Of a DNA stretch of 32,000 nt, positions 26,566-32,000 are shown piece by piece. The position numbers and the translations under genes are program-made. Origin of the DNA: Methylorubrum extorquens (GTDB lineage: Bacteria; Pseudomonadota; Alphaproteobacteria; Rhizobiales; Beijerinckiaceae); NCBI GenBank assembly GCA_900234795.1, contig LT962688.1:5280001-5312000 (forward strand), written 5' to 3'. Position 1 is the first letter of the stretch. Each line of letters opens with the position of its first letter. Below the pieces are notes generated by a model that was given only the letters and a program-made list of their open reading frames with translations, did no database searches and was not told the origin of the DNA.

Positions 26566-27126
26566 TCAGGCCGCGTCGAGGGTTTCGATCACGAGGTTGC
26601 CGTTGGTGTAGACGCAGATCTCGGCGGCGATCTTCATCGACCGGCGCACGATCGCCTCGGCGTCGAGCTCACCGTCCTCCAGCGCGCGGGCGGCGGAGAG
26701 GGCGTAGTTGCCGCCCGACCCGATCGCCATCACCCCGGTCTCGGGCTCCAGCACGTCGCCGGCGCCGGACAGCAGCAGGCTGACCTCCTTGTCGGCGACC
26801 AGCATCATCGCCTCCAGCCGGCGCAGATAGCGGTCGGTGCGCCAATCCTTGGTGAGTTCGACGCAGGCGCGGGTGAGCTGGCCGGGATACTGCTCCAGCT
26901 TGGCTTCCAGCCGCTCGAACAGGGTGAAGGCGTCGGCGGTGGCACCGGCGAAGCCGCCGATCACCGTGCCCTTGGCGAGGCGCCGGACCTTGCGGGCATT
27001 GCCCTTCACGATGGTCTGCCCGAGGCTGACCTGACCGTCGCCGCCGATCACCACCCGGCCGCCCTTGCGGACCATGAGGATCGTGGTGGCGTGCATCTGC
27101 GGCAGGCGATCGTCGGTTTGGGCCAA
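26566..27126 (-). CDS. hslV: ATP-dependent protease subunit HslV
   Basis: ..[71 protein letters not shown]... The catalytic Thr motif follows MHA-TT. I prefer the TTG at 27126 (GGAG 8 nt upstream, giving [15 protein letters not shown]). The alternative is ATG 27096. The track start at 27243 is unlikely. Confidence 0.88.
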
Positions 27127-27323
27127 GGAAGCGCTCCGGTTCGAGGAAAAAGGCCGAGCCTCAGTTAGGCGCTCGAACGCCCGGCTCCAAGGTCGGCCCC
27201 GGCATCGACAGGCTCGGCCACTGCGCGAAAAAGCTCCGCGCAAGCCACTATGCCTATTGGCTCGGACAAAGGGCCGCCGCGCGTCGGCACCCGTCCCGCA
27301 GCGGTGTCCCCCGGAGTCTTCTC

Positions 27324-28199
27324 ATGGGAATCCTCGTCGGCCTCGTCATCGCGATCGGCTGCATGCTCGGCGGCTTCGTCGCCATGGGCGGGCACCTGAT
27401 CGTGATCTGGCAGCCCTGGGAGTTCGTCATCATCTTCGGCATGGCGGCGGGCACCTTCGTCATTGCCAACCCGATGAAGACGGTGGTCGATTCCGGCAAG
27501 GCGACGATGGAAGCCTTCACCAACAAGGGGCCGAAGCGCCAGGACTTCCTCTCGCTGCTGGGGCTCCTGCACGCCCTGATGCGCGACTTGAAGACGAAGC
27601 CGCGCAACGAGGTCGAGACGCATTTCGACGATCCGGCGAATTCCGAGATCTTCAAGAACTATCCCGAGGTGACCAAGGACCAGGATCTGGTGCTGTTCAT
27701 CTGCGACTATTGCCGCCTGATCCTCATCGGCAACGCCCGCTCGCACGAGATCGAGGCGCTGATGGAGGAGGAGATCGGCACGCACAAGAAGTACAAGCTC
27801 AAGCCCTATGCCGCGATCAACACCGTGGCGGAGGCGCTGCCGGCGCTCGGCATCGTTGCGGCGGTGCTCGGTATCGTGAAGGCGATGGGCGCACTCGACC
27901 AATCGCCGCAGATCCTCGGCGGCCTGATCGGCGCGGCGCTCGTCGGCACCTTCATCGGCGTGTTCGCGTCCTACGGGATGCTCGCCCCGCTCGCCGTGAA
28001 GATCAAGGGCGTGCGCGAGAAGCAGTGCAGCGTCTACACCATCGTGAAGCAGAGCCTGATCGCCTACATGAACGGCGCGCTGCCCCAGGTCGCGATCGAG
28101 CACGGCCGCAAGGGCATCGCCGGCGCCGACCGCCCGACCATCGACGAGGTCGAGAGCGCCACCGTGCCCGGCGCCCGCGCCGAACCGGCCGCGGCGTAA
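27324..28199 (+). CDS. motA: Flagellar motor stator protein MotA
   Basis: 291 aa: MGILVGLVIAIGCMLGGFVAMGGHL.., ..AEALPALGIVAAVLGIVKAMG.., ..LIGAALVGTFIGVFASYG.. are the conserved TM3/TM4 plug and channel region. SD CGGAG lies 8 nt upstream. Confidence 0.92.
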   Translation: MGILVGLVIAIGCMLGGFVAMGGHLIVIWQPWEFVIIFGMAAGTFVIANPMKTVVDSGKATMEAFTNKGPKRQDFLSLLGLLHALMRDLKTKPRNEVETHFDDPANSEIFKNYPEVTKDQDLVLFICDYCRLILIGNARSHEIEALMEEEIGTHKKYKLKPYAAINTVAEALPALGIVAAVLGIVKAMGALDQSPQILGGLIGAALVGTFIGVFASYGMLAPLAVKIKGVREKQCSVYTIVKQSLIAYMNGALPQVAIEHGRKGIAGADRPTIDEVESATVPGARAEPAAA

Positions 28200-28213
28200 A
28201 GGGTCGATCGCAG

Positions 28214-29260
28214 ATGGACGAGACCGAAACCCCCGGCGCGGCGCTCGACGCGGCCCCCGAGGCGGCGCTCGACACGGCGCCCGCGGGAGCCCCCGAGGCG
28301 GCCCCCGAGCGCCAGCCCGAATTGCCCCCGTTCGTGACGGCAACCAAGCCGGCAACCGACATCCGCACCCGCATCCAGGAGGCCGGCGGCCTGTCGCTCG
28401 ACCGGCTGCCGATGCTCAGCGTGGTGTTCGACCGCCTCGCCACCGCCTGCAGCGATGCGGCCAAGCACCTGGCCGCCTCCACGACCTTCTACTCCCTGAG
28501 CGGGGTCGAGAGCGGGCGTTTCGGCGAGTTCCTCGACGCCTACGACGCCAATGCGGTGGTCGGTATCTTCCAGGCACCGGAATGGGACGGCCACGTCCTG
28601 GTCGGGCTCGACCGCGACTTCCTCTACACCATGGTCGAGGTGCTGTTCGGCTCCGACGGCGCCGAGCCGCCGGTGGAGGACGAGCGCACCTTCTCGGCGA
28701 TCGAGTTGCGCATCGCGCAGATGGTGTTCGAGCAGGTCGGCAAGGCGCTCGAATCCTCCTTCGGCCTCGTCTCGCAGACGGCCTTCCGCCTGGAGCGGAT
28801 GGAGACCCGGATGGAGTTCGCGGTGATCGGCCGGCGCTCCAACAAGGCGGTGCAGGCCAAGTTCCTGCTCCAGGCACTCAACCGCGGCGGCGAGATGTTC
28901 CTCATCATCCCGCAGACGGTGCTGAACCCGCTGCGTCCGGCGCTCGGCAAAGTGCTGACCGGCGAATCCGCCGCCCGCGACCCGCGCTGGGCCGAACAGA
29001 TCGCGGCGGAGGTGCAGAAGACCACCGTGCGCCTGCGCGCCGTCCTCGAGGAGCGTCACCTGACGCTCGGCGAGATTGCCGGACTGAAAGTCGGGCAGGT
29101 GCTCACCCTCGACGCGACGCCCGCAACGCGGATCAAGCTCGAGGGCAACGACCGGCCGCTCTTCTGGTGCCGGGCCGGCCAGTCGCAGGGCAGCTACGTC
29201 CTGCGGGTGGAGGAATCGATCAATCCGGAGAAGGAGGGCGGCCATGGGCTCCTTAGTTGA
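28214..29260 (+). CDS. fliM: Flagellar motor switch protein FliM
   Basis: ATG 28214 lies within track ORF 27065..29260. ..LSLDRLPMLSVVFDRLA.. is followed by the middle domain and the C-terminal SpoA-like ..LTLGEIAGLKVGQVLTLDATPATRIKLEGNDRPLFWCRAGQSQGSYVLRV... The position between motA and fliN supports the call. Confidence 0.88.
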   Translation: MDETETPGAALDAAPEAALDTAPAGAPEAAPERQPELPPFVTATKPATDIRTRIQEAGGLSLDRLPMLSVVFDRLATACSDAAKHLAASTTFYSLSGVESGRFGEFLDAYDANAVVGIFQAPEWDGHVLVGLDRDFLYTMVEVLFGSDGAEPPVEDERTFSAIELRIAQMVFEQVGKALESSFGLVSQTAFRLERMETRMEFAVIGRRSNKAVQAKFLLQALNRGGEMFLIIPQTVLNPLRPALGKVLTGESAARDPRWAEQIAAEVQKTTVRLRAVLEERHLTLGEIAGLKVGQVLTLDATPATRIKLEGNDRPLFWCRAGQSQGSYVLRVEESINPEKEGGHGLLS

Positions 29261-29540
29261 CGGCGTGCTGCTCGTCGCGCTCGTGGCGACGAGCGCCTGC
29301 GTGCTGCCGATGTACCTGAAGCTCAAGCGCCTCGACCGGACCCAGGCCGAGTACGGCGCCGCGGTGGCCGCCTCCGGCGTGGCGCTGACGCAGGCCGGCG
29401 AGGCGGTGCGCTCCTTCAAGGAGGAGGGCCGCGAGGTTCTGGACGCCCTGAGCCTCAAGATCGAGGAGGCGCGGGCGGTGCTCGACACGCTGGAGGCGTC
29501 GCGCGCGGCCCTCGTCGCGGCCCGCTCGGAGAAGCCGTGA
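29244..29540 (+). CDS. Hypothetical single-pass membrane / coiled-coil protein inside the flagellar cluster
   Basis: 98 aa. MGSLVDGVLLVALVATSACVLPMYLKL is a TM helix, followed by a helical region. A strong SD GAAGGAGGG lies 5 nt upstream. It overlaps the fliM end by 17 nt. I recognise no family with confidence. Confidence 0.6.
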   Translation: MGSLVDGVLLVALVATSACVLPMYLKLKRLDRTQAEYGAAVAASGVALTQAGEAVRSFKEEGREVLDALSLKIEEARAVLDTLEASRAALVAARSEKP

Positions 29541-29553
29541 GGCGGAGCCCGTC

Positions 29554-29826
29554 TCAGTCGTCGCTCTGCTTCTTGGTTTTCTCGACAATGGCGCCGGTCT
29601 GTGGATCGAGCTGAACTTTGACGCTCCGGCCGTCCCGGACCGCCTTGGCCTTCCACACCCCGTCATCGGCCTCGATGCTGCGCACCGTGCCGTAACCGGC
29701 TTCCGCGAGCTTCGTCAGCACTTGGTCGATCGGCATCCAATCCTTTCCCGGCGTGTCGGCATGTGCCGATGCCGCGAGCAGGCCGGTGGCCAGCGTGGCG
29801 GCGGCGAGGGTCTTGAGGGTGTTCAT
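29554..29826 (-). CDS. PepSY domain-containing secreted protein
   Basis: 90 aa. Signal peptide MNTLKTLAAATLATGLLAASAHA-D. PepSY-like ..IDQVLTKLAEAGYGTVRSIEADDGVWKAKAVRDGRSVKVQLDPQTGAIV... Confidence 0.75.
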   Translation of the reverse strand: MNTLKTLAAATLATGLLAASAHADTPGKDWMPIDQVLTKLAEAGYGTVRSIEADDGVWKAKAVRDGRSVKVQLDPQTGAIVEKTKKQSDD

Positions 29827-30026
29827 GGGGTTCGGCTCCTGTCGGGTGTCGTGATCCCTCCTTCTGTCACCGGACGACCCCGCGAGCCTGACGGACGCCG
29901 TCAGCGAAATGTCAGCCGCGGCGGCCCGCGCGAAGCGTCAACCTTACGACATGCGGCGACAGCCTCGCGTCAGCCAAGCCGGCTAGACCGTCCTCACGCA
30001 CGAAGCGGACCCGAAGAGCCCGAGCG

Positions 30027-30353
30027 ATGAGCAGCAGCCCCTTCCCCGATACCGATCTGGCCGGCACCGAGCCCCGCGTCGGCGACGGGCGCAACCTCGA
30101 TTCGATCCTGCGCATCCCGGTGCTGATGCAGGTCGTGCTCGGTTCGGCGACCATGCCGGTGGCGGATCTGATGAAGCTCGGGCGCGGCGCCGTCGTCCCC
30201 CTCGACCACCGGGTCGGCGAGCCGGTCGACGTGATGGTCAACGGCCGGGTCATCGCACGGGGCGAGATCGTGATCGTCGAGGAGGACAATTCCCGGTTCG
30301 GCGTGTCGCTGACCGAGGTGGTCGGCCCCTCCGCCACCGACCAGAACACCTGA
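30027..30353 (+). CDS. fliN: Flagellar motor switch protein FliN
   Basis: 108 aa. ..LDSILRIPVLMQVVLGSATMPVADLMKLGRGAVVPLDHRVGEPVDVMVNGRVIARGEIVIVEEDNSRFGVSLTEVV is the SpoA/FliN signature. Confidence 0.92.
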   Translation: MSSSPFPDTDLAGTEPRVGDGRNLDSILRIPVLMQVVLGSATMPVADLMKLGRGAVVPLDHRVGEPVDVMVNGRVIARGEIVIVEEDNSRFGVSLTEVVGPSATDQNT

Positions 30354-30375
30354 GCCCGGGCGAGAACGGGCCGCC

Positions 30376-31457
30376 ATGTCTTCGAGCCCTCTGGCATCGA
30401 GCCCCGTCCCTTCGGACGCCGTCTCCTCGGGCGCCGTCGCCCCCCGTGCGGTGGCGACCCGGCGGCTCGAGCCCGTCGATCAGGTCGCGGCGCTGCTGCT
30501 CGCCATGGGCAAGCCCGCGGCCGGGCGGCTCATCAAGTATTTCGAGCCGGACGAGCTCAAGCGCATCACCCGCTCGGCCTCGAATCTCGGCGCGGTCAGC
30601 CCCGAGCAGCTCGACACGGTGGTGGAGCATTTCTCCGCCGAGTTCTCCGCCGGCAACAGCCTGATCGGCACCGCCAGCGAGGTCGAGAAGCTGCTCAGCG
30701 GCCTGCTGCCGGCCGACCAGATCGCCGACATCCTCGCCGACGTGCGCGGCAGCGCCACCCGCTCGGTGTGGGATCGGCTCGCCACCGTGCAGGAGAGCGT
30801 GCTGGCGAGCTACCTCGTCAAGGAGCACCCGCAGACCGCCGCGCTGATCCTGTCGAAGGTGAAGCCCGCCACCGCCGCCAAGGTGATGGGCCACCTGCCC
30901 GCGCCGGTGCGCAACACGGTGATGCGGCGGATGCTGAGCTTCAAGCCAATCGTCGACGACGTGCTGCACGCGATCGAGAAGACCCTGCACGAGGACTTCA
31001 TGATCAACGGCGCGCGCAATTCCGGCGCCGACACGCACGCCAAGATGGCCGACATCATCAACAAGATGGAGCGCCAGCAGATGGACGACGTGCTCTCCAG
31101 CCTCGGCGAGTCGCGTCCGAAATCGGTCGAGATCCTCAAGGGTCTGCTCTTCACCTTCGACGACATCGTCAAGCTGGCGCCGCGCGCCCGCACCACCCTG
31201 TTCGATGCCGTGCCCAACGACCGGCTGGTGCTGGCGCTGAAGGGGGGACGGAGGCCGACTTCCGCACCACGGTGCTCAGCGCCCTCTCGGCGCGCGTGCG
31301 CCGCATGGTCGAACACGAGCTGAACGGCGGCGAGCCGGCGGCGCAGCGCGACGTGCTGGAAGCGCGCCGCACCATCACCGATCTGGCGATGGAGATGGCC
31401 GGGCGCGGCGAGATCGAGATCAATCCGGGAGGCGAGGATGAAGCGCTCATCCGCTGA
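30376..31457 (+). pseudogene. fliG: Flagellar motor switch protein FliG, frame break at a G6 run
   Basis: Frame 1 reads ..VDQVAALLLAMGKPAAGRLIKYFEPDELKRI.., ..EHPQTAALILSKVKPATAAKVMGHLP..VMRRM.., ..LLFTFDDIVKL..DRLVLALKG. It continues in frame 0 as (G)TEADFRTTVLSALSARVRRMVEHELNGGEPAAQRDVLEARRTITDLAMEMAGRGEIEI.. to the stop at 31457. The break is at G6 (31242-31247) and is equivalent to -1 or +2 nt. Confidence 0.88.
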
Positions 31458-31500
31458 TCCGCGCCCCCGGCGTCAGCTTCGGCATCGGCGGGGCTGATGC

Positions 31501-32000
31501 GTGGCGGACGACGACAAGGAGAGCAAGACCGAAGCCGCCACCGAGCGGCGGGTGCGCGACGCGATCGAGAAGGGCGACATCCCGTTCTCGCGCGAGGCGC
31601 CGGTCTTCGCCTCGACGCTCGGCCTGCTGATCGCGCTGGCCCTGTTCGCGCGGGGGCAGGCGGCGCAGCTCGCCGGCGACTTCGCGCCGCTCCTCGACGA
31701 TCCGCGCGGCTTCTCCCTGGAGTCCGGCGGCGACGCGATGCTGCTGCTCAGCCGCGTGGCGCTGGCGGCCGGGCGCTTCCTGCTGCCGATCCTGCTGATC
31801 CTGGCGGTCTGCAGTCTCAGCGCCTCGCTTCTGCAGAACCTGCCGCGCTTCGTTCTCGACCGGATCACGCCGAAATGGTCGCGGGTGTCGCCGATGGCGG
31901 GTTTCGCGCGAATCTTCGGAACCTCGGGTCAAGTCGAGTTCCTGAAATCCCCTCGTTAAATTCCTGTCGGTCAGTGTCGTTGCCCTTCTGCTCCTGCGCT
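31501..32000 (+). pseudogene. flhB: Flagellar biosynthesis protein FlhB (N-terminal part; continues past window), +1 shift at a C4 run
   Basis: The GTG start gives MADDDKESKTEAATERRVRDAIEKGDIPFSRE.., the FlhB N-terminal signature, and runs to ..RIFGTSGQVEFLKS. A stop at 31957-31959 follows. The sequence KFLSVSVVALLLLR continues in the next frame. Removing one C from CCCC (31949-31952) restores ..VEFLKSLVKFLSV... Confidence 0.85.

Noticed and set aside
26566-27243. 225-aa version of the hslV ORF.
   Set aside because: The N-terminal 40-50 residues are Arg/Cys/Ser-rich junk with no SD. HslV must expose the catalytic Thr shortly after the start, so the TTG at 27126 or the ATG at 27096 fits the family.
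8365-31952. Programmed ribosomal frameshifting or transcriptional slippage as an explanation for the split genes.
   Set aside because: There are no slippery heptamers of the known X XXY YYZ type and no downstream stimulatory structures. The affected genes (serA, mtnA, MATE, flhB) have no precedent for recoding. The uniform homopolymer +1 signature across unrelated genes fits sequencing error better.

Overview
Very GC-rich alphaproteobacterial chromosomal segment. Gene content, synteny and Ala/Pro/Gly-rich linkers suggest a Methylobacterium/Methylorubrum-like Hyphomicrobiales, which is inference only. I support about 37 protein-coding genes and found no tRNA, rRNA, CRISPR array or intact mobile element. 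Gene order: a PspA/IM30 - YqiJ(NfeD-like) - flotillin operon (minus strand), an MCP chemoreceptor, trmL, an ABC exporter followed by a MATE exporter, a DUF3140 gene, mtnA, an orphan DUF1902 (HicB-like) gene, serA and serC, trmD, a ~2.1 kb insert (small secreted protein, signal-peptide-bearing SAM methyltransferase, DUF4239), rimM-rpsP-chorismate mutase-ffh, a small TRASH-like Cys protein, a coiled-coil hypothetical, a Rieske oxygenase, an MBL-fold hydrolase, rhtA-like exporter, hslVU, then motA-fliM-(small membrane ORF)-(reverse PepSY)-fliN-fliG-flhB. Points worth a second look: (1) seven frame disruptions in five or six genes, every one at a 4-6 nt homopolymer run and almost all equivalent to +1 nt, which argues for assembly error rather than decay; (2) a 164-codon module fused in frame upstream of pspA, although pspA keeps its own SD and ATG, and whose pattern recalls the N-terminal third of a TnpB/IS605-OrfB protein; (3) a 22-codon ORF preceded by a 17-nt perfect complement of the 16S rRNA 3' tail, with a structured leader and its own terminator; (4) a 21-bp x4 tandem repeat whose last copy supplies the serA stop codon. 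The many long antisense ORFs in the track are GC-driven artefacts. No clear novel multi-gene system, such as a defence island, is evident.
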